The position numbers were made by a program, and so were the translations under genes. From the human T2T-CHM13v2.0 reference genome, Homo sapiens: DNA of 64,000 nucleotides. The stretch is taken from the NCBI RefSeq assembly GCF_009914755.1, contig NC_060938.1; one strand, 5' to 3'. Below, one piece after another: positions 44,709 to 58,600 of the stretch (within the stretch, counting starts at the first letter, position 1; each line of letters begins with the position of its first letter). The notes under the pieces were generated by a model that was not told where the DNA came from, did no database searches, and was given only the letters and a program-made list of their open reading frames with translations.

Positions 44709-47700
44709 TGCTTTTTGGTATGTCTTCTTTTGAGAAGTGTTTGTTCATGTCCTTTGCCCATTTTTTAATGGGGCTGTTTTTTGCTTGTTGAATTGTTTAA
44801 ATTCCTTATAGATTCTGGATATTAGACCTCTGCTGGATGCAGAGTTTGTGAATACTCTCTCCCATTCCGTGGGTTTTCTGTTTACTCTGTTGATAGTTTC
44901 TTTTGCTGTGTGGAAGTTCTTTACTTTAATTAGGTCCCACTTGTCAATTTTTGTTGTTGTTGTTGCATTTGCTTTTGGGGGCTTAGCTAAAACTTCTTTG
45001 CCCAGGTTGATATCAAGAAAGTTATTTTCTGGGTTTTCTTCTAAGACGTTTATAGTTTGAGGTCTTACACTTAAATATTTAATCTACCCTGAGTTAATTT
45101 TTGTATATGGGGAAAATTAGGAGTTCAATTTCATTTTTCTTTATATGGCTAGCCAGCTATCCCAGCACCATTTATTGAATAGGGAGTTCTTTTCCTATTG
45201 CTTGTTGTCAGTCTTGTCAAAGATCAGATGATTGAATGTGTGGCTTTATTTCTGAGTTTTCTATTCTGCTGTATTGATCTATGTGTTTTTATACCAGTAC
45301 CATGCTGTTTTGGTTACTGTAGCCATATAGTACAGTTTGAAGTCAATTAGTGTAATGCTTCCAGCTTTGTTCTTTTTGCTTGGTATTGCTTTGGCTATTT
45401 GGGCTCTAAAATTCTATATGAATTTTAGAATAGTTTTTTCCTAATTCTTTGAAAATGACATTGGTAGTTTGATAGGAATAGCATTGAATCTGCAGATTGC
45501 TTTGGGCAGTGTGACCATTTTAATTATATTGATTCTTCCAATTCATGATCATGGAATAATGTTTCTTCATTTATTTGTGTCATCTCTGATTTTTTCAGCA
45601 GTGTTTTGTAGTTGTCCTTATAGAGATCTTTCCCCTCCTTGGTTTGATGTATTCTTAGGTATTTTATTTACTTTGTGGCTATTGTAAATGGGATTGTGTT
45701 CTTGATTTGATTCTCAGCCTGGATGTTATGGTTGTATAGAAATGCTACTGATTTTTATACATTGATTTTTTTTAAAATCCTGAAACTTTTCTAAAACTGT
45801 TTATTAGCCCTAGGAGGCTTTTGGCAGAGTCTTCAGGGTTTTGTAGGTATGAAATCATATTGTCAGTGAAGAGAGATAGTTTGACTTCTTCTTTTCCTAT
45901 TTGGATGCCTTTTTATTTATTTTTTATTTTTTTGCCTGATTGCTGTGGCTAGGATTTCCAGTAGTATGTTGAATAGTAGTGGCGAGATTAGGCACCTTTT
46001 TCTTGTTCCAGTTCTCAAGGGGAATTGTTTCAGCTCATACTCATTCAGTATGACATTGGCTGTGGGTTTGTCATAGCTTTTATTATTTTGAAGTATATTC
46101 CTTTGGTGCCTACTCTGTTGAGGGTTTTTTTAATCACAAAGGGAAGTTGGATTTTATTGAAAGCTTTTTCTGCATCTATTATGATCATATTTTTTGCTTT
46201 TAATTCTGTTTATGTTGTGAATCACATTGATTGATTTGCATATGTTGAGCTAGCCTTGCATCTCAGGAATGAAGCCTACTTGATCATGGTGTATTAAATT
46301 TTTGATATGCTGCTGGATTCAGTTTGCTAGTATTTTGTTGAGGATTTTTACACCTATGTTTATCAGGGATATTGGCCTGAAGTTTGCTACGTTTATTATG
46401 TCTCTGCTAGATTCTGGTATCAGGTAATGCTGGCTTCATAGAATGAGTTATGGAGGAGTCCCTCTTCCTCAATTTTCTGAAATAGTTTTAGTAGGATTGG
46501 TACCAGTTCTTCTTTGTATGTCTGGTAGAATTTGGCTGTGAATCCATCTGGTCTAGGCTTTTTTTTTTTTTTTTTTTTTTTGGTTGGTTGGTAGGGTTTT
46601 TAAAATTATTATTATTACTGATTTAATTTCAGAACTCAGTATTGGTCTACTCAGGGTTTCAGTCTCTTCCTGATTCAATCTTGGGAGACTGTGTGTTTCC
46701 AGGAATTTATCCACTTTCTCTAGATCTTCTAATTAGTATGCATAGAGTTGTTCAAAGTAGTCTCTGAGGATCTTTCGTTTTTCTGTGGGATCAGTTGTAA
46801 TGCCATCTTTGTTATTTGTTTACTAATTTGATCTCTCTCTTTTTTGTTAATTTAGCTAGCAGTCTATCAGTCTTGTTGATTCTTTCAAAGAACCAGCTGT
46901 TGGTTTTATTGATCTTTCGTATGGATTTTTATGTCTCAATTTCATTCAGTTTTTCTCTAATTTTAGTTATTTCTTTTTTTCTGCTAGCTTTGAGGGTGTG
47001 TTTTTTCTGTTAGTTGTAAAGTTAGATTGTTAATTTGAGATATTTCTAACTTCTTGATGAGGGAATTTCGTGTTATAAGCTTTCCTCTCAATGCTGTTTT
47101 AGCTGCATCCTAGAGGTTTTTGGAAGTTATGTTTCTATTTTCATTATTATCATTTTTTTATTTCTGCCTTAATTTTGATGTTCACCCAGGACTTATTCAG
47201 GAGCAAGTTGTGTAATTTCCATGTATTTGTGTAATTTTGAGAGATCTTGTTGGTGTTGATTTCTGTTTTTATTGCACTGTGGTCCAAGAGTGTGCTTGAT
47301 ATGATTTTGAATTTTTTGAATTTATTGATACTTGCTTTATGATCAAACATATGGTTGATCTTAGAATGTATTCCATGTGGAGATGAGAAGAATATATATT
47401 CTGTGGTTATTGGGTAGAGTGTTCTATAGATGTCTATTAGGTCTAATTGGTCTAGTGTCGAATCTAAGTCTAGAATTTCTTTATTAGTTTTCTGCCTCAA
47501 TGATCTTTCTAATGCTGTCAGTGGGGCATTGAAGTCCCCCTCTATTTTTGTTTAGCTGTCTGAGTCTTTTCATAGGTCAAGAAGAACTTGTTTTATGAAT
47601 CTCGGTGCTCCAGTGTTGGGTGGGTATATATTTAGGATAGTTAAGTCTTCTTGTTGATGTGTACCCTTTATCATTATGTAATGCCCTTCTTTGTTCTTCT

Positions 47701-50380
47701 TTGTTATTGTTTTGAAGTCTGTTCTGTCTGATATAAGAATAGTAACTCCTGCTTGTTTTTATTTTCCATTTGCATGCTAGATCTTTCTTTATCTCTTTAC
47801 TTGGAGCCTGTGGATTTCATTACATGTGAAATGAATCTCTTAACAGCAGACGGTTGAGTCCTGTTTTTATATTCAGCTTCCCACTCTGTGTCTTTTACAT
47901 GGGATGTTCAGCTCATTTACATTCACGGTTAGTATTGATATGTGAGATTTTGATCCTGTCATCATATTGTTGCCTGGTTTTCATGTAAGACTTCATTGTA
48001 TAGTTGCTTTATAGTGTATGTAGGCGCCATGCTTAAGGGTGTTTTGTGGTAACAGGTGTCATTCTCTTGATTCCATGTTTAGCACTCCCTTATAGGCCTC
48101 TTATAAGGCTTCTCTAGTTGAAATGGATTCCCTCAGCCTTTGCTTATCTGAGAAGGATTTTATTTTTCCTTAGTTTATGAAGCTTAGTTTGGTGGGATAT
48201 GAAATTCTTGGTTGGAATTTCTTTTCTTTAAGGATGCTGATAGTAGGTCTTCACTCTCTTCTGGCTTGTAAGGTTTCTGCTTGGAGGTTCCCTGCTAGCC
48301 TGATAGGGTTCTGTCTGTACATGACCTGACCCTTCTCTCTAGCTGCCTTTACAATTTTTGTCTTTTACATTGACTTTGGTGAATCTGATGTCTGTGTGCC
48401 TCGGGGATGGTAATCTTGTATGGTATCTAGCTGAGCTTCTCTGTATTTCTTGAATTTACATGTCAACGTGAGATTAGGGAAATTTTCGTGGACTGTATCC
48501 TCAAAAATATTTTCCAAGTTGCTTACTCTCTTTTTTTCTCACTCAGGAATGCCAGTGAGTCATAGATTTGATCTCTTTACATGCGCTCATATTTCTTGAA
48601 TATTTTGTTCATTTTTTAAAATTCTTTTTTCTTGGTGTCTGACTGAGTTGATTCAAAGAACTGGTCTTCGAGTTCTGGGATTCTTTCCTCAGTGTGGTCT
48701 GTTCCACTGTTAATACTTCCAATTATTCCAATTATGAAATTCTTGTAGTGAATTTTTCAGCTCTAGAATTTCAGTTTGGTTCTTTCTGAAAATGGCTATT
48801 TTGTCTTTCAGCTCTTGGATCATTTTACTGGATTCCTTGGTTGAGGTTTCAACTTTCTGCTGAATCTAGATGAGCTTCCTTGCCATCTAGATTCTGAATT
48901 TTATATCTGTCATTTCAGACTGGTTAAGAACCATTGTTGGGGAGCTAGAGGACTCATTTGTAGTTAAGTGGACACTCTGGCTTTTTGAACTGCCAGAATT
49001 CTTGCACTGATTTTTTTTCTCATCTGGGAAGTTTGGTGTTTCTTTATCTGTGATGCAGGTTGAGTATAGTCAGTTGGCGTCATTTCTGGGTATTTTCAGA
49101 GGGTCAGGACTCTGTACAGGGTCTTTGTGGCTGAATTCTTGCCCCTGGTTTCATGGAGTTAGGGGGGCATATTACCAAAATATTTTTGGTGGTGTACTTC
49201 AGGCTGTGATCTGGTAGATGGCACTTAAGAGTAATGATCAGTAGCTAGGCTTTTATTCATCTGTGTGTCTTCTTTGTATTTCCTCATGTTGCAGTCATGC
49301 CCTCTGTCACCAGTACGTTGGGGAGAGAGATGACCTTTCCACCAGGTTTGCTTCTGGGCCTTGGGGGAGCCCCCTCTGATCACTGTTACCATGCCTGCCT
49401 TTCTTTTGCTAGGTGTTCTGGGCCATGAGGCTCTCTTGGGCAGAAACCATGGCAGGGAGATAGGCCACACCCTTTCTATATTGACCTTGCAGAGGGATGC
49501 ATGCCCTGCTTTTATGCCAACCCAGAAACCCACACATCTCACCCCCTCAGTGCTCTGTGAGTATGGGCTCCTCCTCTGCTCCAGTGCCAGCCACATAACT
49601 CGACTTGGCACTCCCGAGCTGTCCACCACAGCCCTGGGGTGCCGGGACTAACTTGGGGCTCATCTGCTGGACCCTCAGAGTTGGGTTTTGGATATTTTGG
49701 GGGATCTGAAGTGCTCCCAGGCTGCTGGAAATGTACTCAAGAGGAGCAGAGCATCCAGGCTGGACAGGAGAGGCTGCACTGCACACATGCTCTTGCAGTG
49801 GGGGGTCAGGGAGGGGCCCTGGAAGGAGATGGCAGGCAAGTGGTCCTGTAGCACAGATGTGCCCCCATGCTGGCCCTACTTTCTCCTGCCTCAGCGGTCA
49901 GCTGGGTTAGAGCTTCTTGGAGGGAGATGGGGAGCCCTGGGAGATGGGTGTCTATGGCTGTGCTCTGCTGGCCTCTCCCACGCACAGAGGTCCTTGGCTC
50001 CATGCTGGCTGAAGCCCTGATTCTGTCTACTCCCTGGGCATATCCCTTTGCCAGCTCAAATATCCATGGTGGATGTGGGTTCCCCTGTAGCTAGGATTCC
50101 AGAGGTCCACAGTGATAGTGTGCAGTCCCACAGTCTCTTCATTAACCCTCTCCCGTGGAGCTGTTCAGGGCTGGGAAGTAGCCCTAGGCTTTGGGTAGCT
50201 CACACAGGGTTCCCAGCTTCCTGTCTCATCAGTCTCAGTATCTCTGTCACATCTCCATCTACTTTCAGTGTTTCTTCTCTGAAGATCCGTTCAAATTGTG
50301 TTGGTTTACTTGAAATTTTGGTCTCTCTTGTGGGGAGCAGTGCTTCTTGGCTTCATCTAGTCAGCCATCTTGTCCTTTTT

Positions 50381-52665
50381 CAAACTTTTTTTAAAATTTG
50401 GGTCAGTCCTCTGAAACCCTGCCACTGCTTTATCAGCTAAGTTTATGGAATATTCTAAATCTTTTGTTGTCATTTCAACAGTGTTCACAGCTTCTTCGCC
50501 AGGAGTAGTTTCCATCTCAAGAAAAAAAGTGTTATCCATAAGATAGATCCATAACTCTTTTTGGTAATCCATAAGAAATAAATGCTTTTCTCTCTTTTGT
50601 TCAAGTTTTATGGTGAGATTGCAACAATTCAATCGTATCTTCAGGCTCTACTTCTCATTCTAGTTCTTTTGCTGTTTTTCCCGCATCTGCAGTTACTTCC
50701 TTCACTGGAGTCTTAAACTCCTCAAAGTAATGCATGACAGCTGGAATCTTCTTCACTCCTGTGCATGTTGCTATTTTGACCTTTTCCAGCGAATCAGGAA
50801 TGTTCTGAATAGCATCTAGAATGGTGAATCCTTCCCAGAAAGTTTTCAATTTGCTGTACCCAGATCCATCAGACGAATCCGTATCTGTGGCACTTACAGC
50901 CTCTTGAATTGTGTTTCTTAAGTAATAAGACTTGAAAGTTGAAATTAATCCTCGATCTATGGGCTACAGAATGGGTCTTGTGTTAGCAGTCATGAAACTG
51001 CTATTAATCCCCTGGTACATCTCTATTAGAGCTCTTGGTTGACTGGGTACATTGTCAATAAGCAATACTATTTTGAAATGAATCTTTCTTCTGAGCAGTA
51101 AGTCTCAACACTGGACTTAAAATATTCAGTGAACCACACTGTAACCAGAGGTGCTGTGATCTAGGTTTTGTTGTTCTATTTCCAGTGCACAGGCAGAGTA
51201 GATTAGCATAATTCTTAGGAGCCTCGGATTTTTGGAATGACAAATGAGCATTGGTTTCAACTTAAAGTCACCAGCTGCATTAGCCCATTTTAAAAAAAGT
51301 CAGCCTGTCTTTTGTAGCTTTGTAGCCAGGCACTGACTTTTCCTCTCAAGCTATGAAAATCTGAGATGGCATCTTCTTCCAATAGAAGGCTGTTTTGTTT
51401 GCATGAAAACTCTGTTGTTTAGTGTAGCCACCTTCATTAATGATCTTATCTAGATTTTCTGGATAACTTTCTGCCGGTTTTATATCAGTACTTCCTGCTT
51501 CACCTTGCACTTCTATAATATGTTATGGAATGGAACGGCTTCTTTCCTTAAACCTCATGAAGCAACCTTTGCTAGCTCCCTACATTTCTTCTGCAGCTTC
51601 CTCACCTCTCTCAGCCTTCATAGAATTGAAGACAGTTATGGACTTGCTCTGAATTAGGCTTTGGTTTAAGGTAGTGTTGTGGCTGGTTTCATCCTCTGTC
51701 AGATCACCAAAACTCTCCATATCAGCAATACGGCTGTTTCACTTTGTATTATTTATTTGTTCACTGGAGTAGCAGATTTAATTTCCCTTAAGAACTTTTC
51801 ATTTGCATTCACAGCTTGGCTAACTGTTTGGTGCAGGAAGCCTAGCTTTCAGCCTATCTTGGCTTCCAACATACTTTCCTCACTAAGCTTAATTTAAAGT
51901 AAGAGACATGCAACTCTTCCTTTAACGTGAACACCTAGAGGCCACTGTAGGGTTATTAATTGGCCTGATTTCAATATTGTTGTGTCTCAAGGAATAGGAA
52001 GGCCTGAAGAGAGGGAGAGAGATGAAGGGGAATGGCCAGTTTGTAAAGCAGTCAGAACTCGCACAACATTTATCAATTAAGTTTACTGTCTTATAAGGTG
52101 TGTTTGATAGTGCCCCTGAACAATTACAAGATTACATCTGTATTAGTCCATTTTCACACTGCTGATAAAGACATACCTGAGACTGGGCAGTTTACAAAAG
52201 AAAGAGGTTTATTGGACTTACAGTTCCATGTGGCTGGGGAAGCCTCACAATCATGGTGGAAGGCAAGGAGGAGCAAGTCATGTCTTACATGGATGGCAGG
52301 CAGGCAAAAAGAGAACGGGGATCAAGTGAAATGGGTTTCCCCTTATCAAACCATCAGATCTTATTCACTACCATGAGAACAGTATAGGAGAAACCACCCT
52401 CATGATTCAATTATTTCCACCTGGCCCTGCCCTTGATACCTGGGGATGATTACAATTCAAGGTGAGATTTGGGTGGGGACACAGAGCCAAACCATATCAA
52501 CATCAAAGATCACTGATCTTAAATCACCATAACAGATAAAACAATGAAAAATTTGAAATATTGTGAAAATTACCAGAATGTAACAAAAACACATGAAGTT
52601 GGAAACATGGTGCCAGTAGAGTTGCTCAGTTCAGTGTTGCCACAAACCTTCAATTTGTTAAAATA
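50381..52665 (-). mobile_element. Tigger1 body with broken transposase
   Basis: ORF fragments [39 protein letters not shown] and KTFWEGFTILDAIQNI resemble Tigger1/TIGD1 transposase. Confidence 0.92.
52139..52499 (-). mobile_element. THE1 (THE1B-like) solo LTR inside Tigger1
   Basis: TGTATTAGTCCATTTTCAC...CCAAACCATATCA; perfect 5-bp TSD ACATC. Confidence 0.93.
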
Positions 52666-52671
52666 CCAGAG

Positions 52672-52758
52672 AGGCTGGGGTGGGAAGATCGCTTGAGGTT
52701 AGGAGTTTAAGACCAGCCTGAGCAACATGAAGAAACCCTGGTGTCTTTAAAAAAAAAA
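52672..52758 (+). mobile_element. Alu monomer fragment
   Basis: GATCGCTTGAGGTTAGGAGTTTAAGACCAGCCTGAGCAACAT. Confidence 0.75.
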
Positions 52759-53074
52759 TTGTTCAATGAATCAATGAATGAACGGCAGTTTCAGATATTT
52801 TCCACTCTTCTCAAACATCTTACATGTCATTTCTATCTTGATCCTCAGCAAATAACTATTTCCAAGTCAATGGTAAGAATAGAAATCTGAGATGGAAAAT
52901 TTCTTCCTCATTTACCATCAAAACTACAAATATTCTCCCATGATTATTTTCCTCTGTTGCTTCTGCTCTGAATGATATGACTTTTTTTCTTTTCCTAAAA
53001 CCCTAGGTTCCATCCACATTCACCTTAGAAGGATTTTGATTTTTCTCTGATTCTATCTTTCTCCCAAATTCTGT

Positions 53075-54280
53075 ATGTAGCCTAGTGATTATGAGCATGG
53101 ACTTTACAATCAGGCTTTGTGTCTGATTTGACTCAAATTTGTGTCTGTTACTATGAAATCTTGGGCAAATTATGTATCTCTCAGCCTCAGTTTTCTTGTG
53201 TGTTGAAGATAATAATACCTAGGTCATGGAGTTGTCGTGAAGATCAAAAGTGATATCTTTAAAGTGCTAAGCATAGCAGGTACACAGTAAGCATGCAAAA
53301 TAAAGGTCCTTGCATTATTTTTACCTCCCTTTCTAGTGGCTCCTAACCTTATTAAGAGTCTCTTGTCTTAAGAAATTGTTCTACTACTTCAGTATTTAGC
53401 ACTCTCTCTCTCTCTTCACCATCACAGCTATTCTCCACTTTTTATCTCCTATTTATTTTGGCTCTCACATCAGCCTGGCTTCCCAAGCATTTCAAATTTT
53501 ATTTTTAATCTTATTTCTTTTCCACCCCTTTCTCTCCAAATTTGCTCTGCTTCCAATAAGTTCATCTATCATGGCTCAAATCAGAAAAATAGCAGATGCC
53601 CTTGTTCTTTTGCCCTCTCTACATTTAATCATCAAACAGAGTTCTGATAATTCTGCTGCCTAAATAGTTCCTAAATTTTTCTACATCTCTTCTTTGGGTG
53701 CTACCATTTCAGTCCAAGGCACTATCATCTCACACAGTATTGTGACAATAGCCTTCTACTATTCTCCCCTTTGCCACACTATTCCATACTCCACACTATA
53801 GATAGAGTGATAACAAGAAATGTTATTTCCCTTTATAAACATTCTAATGAGTTTTCTTGCTCTTAGGGCAGAGCTCTTCTTGATCAGGTCTTATTTATCT
53901 CTTCTTTCAGCTCTATCTTATACCACTATTACCCTGTGCATGCCCTAGCTCTGATGAGTTTCTTTCAGTTTCATTCAGATCTCTTATTTCAGCTTTTCCA
54001 CATAGTGTTCCTCTGCTGCCTTCCTGATCCTTCTTGGGGATCATTGCTACTTGGCCTCTGGTTTCAACCTAAACTTTACTTCCTTGAGTGACCTTCGCTT
54101 AGGCTAGGTACTTCTGTGGTCTGTTCTTTATTACCGTATCATCATGGTGCTCATGACATTTTACAGTTCCTTATCTCCCCCCAAGATTCCAGAAGGCAGG
54201 AGCCATGTCTTTTTCATTCTCTACCACAATGCCTGGCCTATAGTAGACACCCATTAAAATTTTGTTAAATGTTGTTAAAT
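53075..54280 (+). mobile_element. MIR followed by L2 remnant
   Basis: MIR core (TTGGGCAAATTA...AGCCTCAGTTTTC); L2 3' end (GAAGGCAGGAGCCATGTCT...GCCTGGCCTATAGTAG). Confidence 0.6.
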
Positions 54281-55335
54281 AATTAAAGCAAGAGAAAAAT
54301 CATCCTATATAACATGTTAGGGTTTAGAACTACATATGGTATTCCTGTATTTAACTTTGAATATTTCTTTAAACATAAGTAAATGTGGAAAATAATAATG
54401 CTGCTTTTCAGCACATGCTCTTATTTTTCTATCTTCACACATTCCCTAATTTTAAAATCTCTTTATGTTTGTTTTTATTCCAGACTACAAACATCAAATC
54501 TTTTTTTTTTCTATTTGGATGCTTTTAAGTATAAAGTGTCACTTAATATCAGCACTTCTGCCAACTCTTATTCATTTTTCCAGCTGTATTTGGACAACAT
54601 TTACATAGATAATTTTGTGAAATTTTCAACTAGAAGTTGAGTTGAGATAAATCATGCAGTTTTCAATTCAGTGTATCCTGAAAGATAACGAAACTCACTG
54701 AGCTGCCTGGTTTTCCAACAAGCTACATAGAAAGCATGAGGAGGGCAGAAGGCTATGGCTTCCACTGTTTTGACCACTTCACAGCCCTTCCCGCAGACTG
54801 CTTGGAGATGGCTCAAGTGGAACCTGTTGATAAATTAATGATCCTCTTTTTCCCAGTCACCATTGAGCCAAAGTAGGCTATGGGGCTGAATCATCCCAGA
54901 CAGGGATGAATGAATGTTCTGAAAAGCTGAAACATAAACTGTCAGTTAAGATGCATTTTCTTCAAGTTTATTTGTGACAGATGATGGAAGGTAGTTGATA
55001 TTGACTGAGTTTGATTGTTTCTTAGGAACAATCACAGTCATTTGATTGTTGTTCCTAAGAAAGTAGTCTTTTTAAAAAAACAAAATCTGAGATACAAATG
55101 AATCACTATATGTTAATTTTCCTTGCCCTTCTTAGGTGACCACTGACTATATTTTACCAGTTGTTAATGTAGCTTTGGGGGGGATTTTGTTCATTTTTTT
55201 GGTGCACCTTGGATAAAAAATAATTGGAAATATTTCTCATTTTGCAATTACTGACTTTTCATACTACTGGAATACAGGATTTGTCAGAGTTCTTATCTGA
55301 CCCAGAATAGATTAGACACGTTTTAAGATCAGTAA

Positions 55336-55650
<315 letters not shown>

Positions 55651-56185
55651 TATTTGTCTTCTTAAGCCTACAATAAGAATGTTGAAAAGATAGTTTATTT
55701 ATATAACCCCATTTGATACAAAATTCACATCAAATAGAGTTAATTAAATAATGGATGTCCCTTGTTCATCATTTCAGGCAGATACAAATACCACTTTTAG
55801 CAAAAAAGGTAAATCTCTTGTTTTAAGTTACCCAGACGAAGATTATATAGAAAGTTAGGGTAATGACATTCCCAAGGCAAAAGTTCTTCAGGGAAAAATA
55901 GTAAGCCATTTCAGTTTCTCAATTTCTGGAGGGCTTATCTGAAGGGATTGGGATGTCTAATATTGCAAATTAGGCAAATTGTGCACATTTATCACCATGC
56001 ACCTTGGATTTCAAGCAGAAATAAGAGGAGGATTTGACTGAAGGGAATTAACTTTGGTCTTCCAAACTTAAATATATACCAGATGTGTACTGTGGAAGGA
56101 TCTTCCTGGTTACAGTATAACCTCTGGTTCTTTTGGACTCTTGCTAACTTAATTTACCCAGTTCTTTTCCCGTATAGAAATTAGA

Positions 56186-56243
56186 CTGTGGATTGTTTCT
56201 GTGGATTATACTCATGGATTTCTGTGGATTATACTCATGGATT
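56186..56243. repeat. 23-bp tandem duplication plus partial third copy
   Basis: TTTCTGTGGATTATACTCATGG at 56196 and 56219; CTGTGGATT upstream. Confidence 0.9.
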
Positions 56244-58107
56244 TTATTGTTTTATCTTATTTACAGATTCTGACTTTTTTCTTTTCTTTCTCTTTTTAAA
56301 AATAACTTAAGATGTTTGTTTGGAAGATTGGCAGGATGTTCGTTTTACAGTGTTCAAAAATGAGTTGTTTGTGTTTTATGTATATGCCCAAATACTCTGT
56401 GAAAACATAAACTGATAAAAGGAAAATTAATTCCTATCTTTATAAAGTGAAGAATTGTTTTTTTTTAACAAATTAACATATCCTGAGTTACATTCTTGAG
56501 TGAGATATGAGAATTTAAACATATAACATGAATACCCCCAGTTTTGAGTGCTAATATGCAAGGAAAGGCTTTCCTCATTACTGTTTTACAACTTTTATGC
56601 TCCATAAGGTTGATTCTCAGTGCTAGTTCTCTTTCAGAGAGAAGATTCAGTAAAAAACACTGTATACCAGTCCTTAATAACTTAAATGCAAATACTGGCA
56701 TATATCCAGAAGCTAAGGTTCAATTAGGTGTAGTTGTTTCATCTTACAAAATTATTTTACCAGCAAGAAATCTTGGCAGTTATATTGATGATTTCTCATG
56801 AAAGAGGCAAATGGGACGATAAAGAGGCCTGAAGACTATTTTTTAATACTAATTTTCTAATTCCTCATTTTTTTAAATGTCAGAAGCCAGGCCTTAGAAA
56901 TCAAGCACCTGAGTTTTCCTCTGATTTTCTAATCATTACTGTGGTTATTCTAGTTGTCTCTTATCTGTTCGGAAGTCATAATGTGTAATGATGGCATAAG
57001 TGAATGTTAAAGAAGTGGAAATTTGATATGATCTAGATGGCAGTTTATTGGTTTAGTTTCAAAGACAATTTTACCTGGAAAATAAATAAGAAAGCTTATC
57101 AAGCTTTTCCCTGTTATCCGTGGTTTATCTGTTCCTTGTGTTTCATCTTGACCACCACTGGTCTTCCAGAAATCGCTAAAATCTCTCCTGCCTATGTCAT
57201 TTCTTTTTCCTTACAAGATCAAAGCTTTTATGAGCATTATTTATTGTAGCCTCACAATATTCTAGAGAGCAAAGTAGAGGTTATGTGTCTCCATCTTTAT
57301 TTTTAAAGCCAAGTGAGGAACAGATAAATCTCTTCGCTAACGTTACAAAATGAAGCAGTGGTAGAGGCAGAAATAAACTCCTGAGGCAGAAACATCTCCT
57401 AATTCTGGCCCTTACGTCTAAGATGCAGTAGACTGTTTGGCCTTTCTCTAAACAGGCCTTTGACATTTAGGGTATGTGGAAAGTATGTGCTCCCGTCAGA
57501 GTTTCGCTGTTTAGTTATTCTTTGCCTGTTAAAGTAATGACTAGAAGACTGGAGAAAGCAGAAAGAACATCCAAGTCTTATTTCAGCCTCTGCGTTTAGT
57601 ACATGTGAGCTTTGGACAGAGAGTGCCTTTATTTCCTGGGAATTAACTTTTCTCTCTTTATACTTAGAAGGAATTTTTCTTTGGGGCACTGCTGATATTG
57701 AGAATTTGGGGGAAATTATTATTTTTTTCATTCAAGTTTTATGTGTGAAAACATATATTCCAATACTAGACCACACTGAGAGGATTTGGGGAGATGACTG
57801 CAAAGTTTTACATTTTAAAATGTAGGTTTAGTGCCTTTTTTTTAAACCTGAAAGTCATTGCAAAAATCGATTAAATTTTAAAATTGACTTAATTCATCAA
57901 TCTATATTGCTATAAAGTTTTTTAAAAACTAACAACTTGTTTGCCCTATGACAAATATTTTTAAAAATAATTTTCAACTGTATTTTTATTTCAATATTTA
58001 TCACCCTGTGGTTATTTTATTTTATGATTTTAGCTGTTTCACTTTTTTTTTTCTTTAGTATCCATAATTGCTGATTGGGAATTTTTAACACAAGACAGGA
58101 ATTGTTA

Positions 58108-58330
58108 CCCTCCCTCCCCCCCTCCCTTCCTTCCTTCCTTCCTCCCTCCCTTCCTTTATCCTTTCTCCTTTCTCCTTTCCCTCCCCTCCCCTCCCCTCCC
58201 CTCCCCTCCCCTACCCTACCCTCCCCCCCTCCCCCCCTCCCCTCCCCTCCCCTCCCCTCCCCTCCCCTCTCCTCTCCTCCCCTTTCCCCTCCCCTCCTCT
58301 CCTCTCTTCTTTTCTTTTTTTCCTTTCTTT
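58108..58330. repeat. ~220-bp polypyrimidine/polypurine tract, (CCTT)n/(CCCCT)n, from the Alu tail
   Basis: Almost purely C/T on the + strand. Confidence 0.95.
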
Positions 58331-58600
58331 GTCTTGCTCTGTCACCAGGTTGGGGTGCAGTGGCACGCTCTCGCTCACTGCAACCTCCGCCTCCTGGGTT
58401 CAAGCAATTCTTGTGCCTCAGCCTCCCGAGTAGCTGGGATTACAGGCACGTGCCGCCACACCCAGCTAATTTTTATATTTTTAGTAGAGACAGGGTTTTA
58501 CCACGTTGGCCAGGATGGTCTCAATCTTCTGACCTCGTGATCTGCCTGCCTTGGCCTCCCAAAGTGCTGGAATTACAGGTGTGAGCCACCGTGCCTGGCT
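58331..58600 (-). mobile_element. AluSc-like
   Basis: GGCCAGGATGGTCTCAATC..GACCTCGTGATC. Confidence 0.92.

Larger units (their letters stand above)
43100..50375 (-). mobile_element. Near-full-length old primate L1 (L1PA15/16-like), inactive
   Basis: 3' UTR, ORF2 endonuclease/linker remnant (47150-47500 LDQLDLIDIYRTLYP..FFSSPHG..SKINH), ORF1 region, GC-richer 5' UTR ending CAGCCATCTTG. Confidence 0.9.

Noticed and set aside
47150-47500. 116-aa ORF
   Set aside because: Fragment of a dead L1 ORF2, bounded by stops and frameshifts.
49225-50440. Dense overlapping 65-134 aa ORFs on both strands
   Set aside because: GC-richer L1 5' UTR has fewer stop codons; no recognisable protein similarity.
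50357-51243. TIGD1-like transposase ORFs
   Set aside because: Broken into several frames; a decayed Tigger1, not a domesticated gene.
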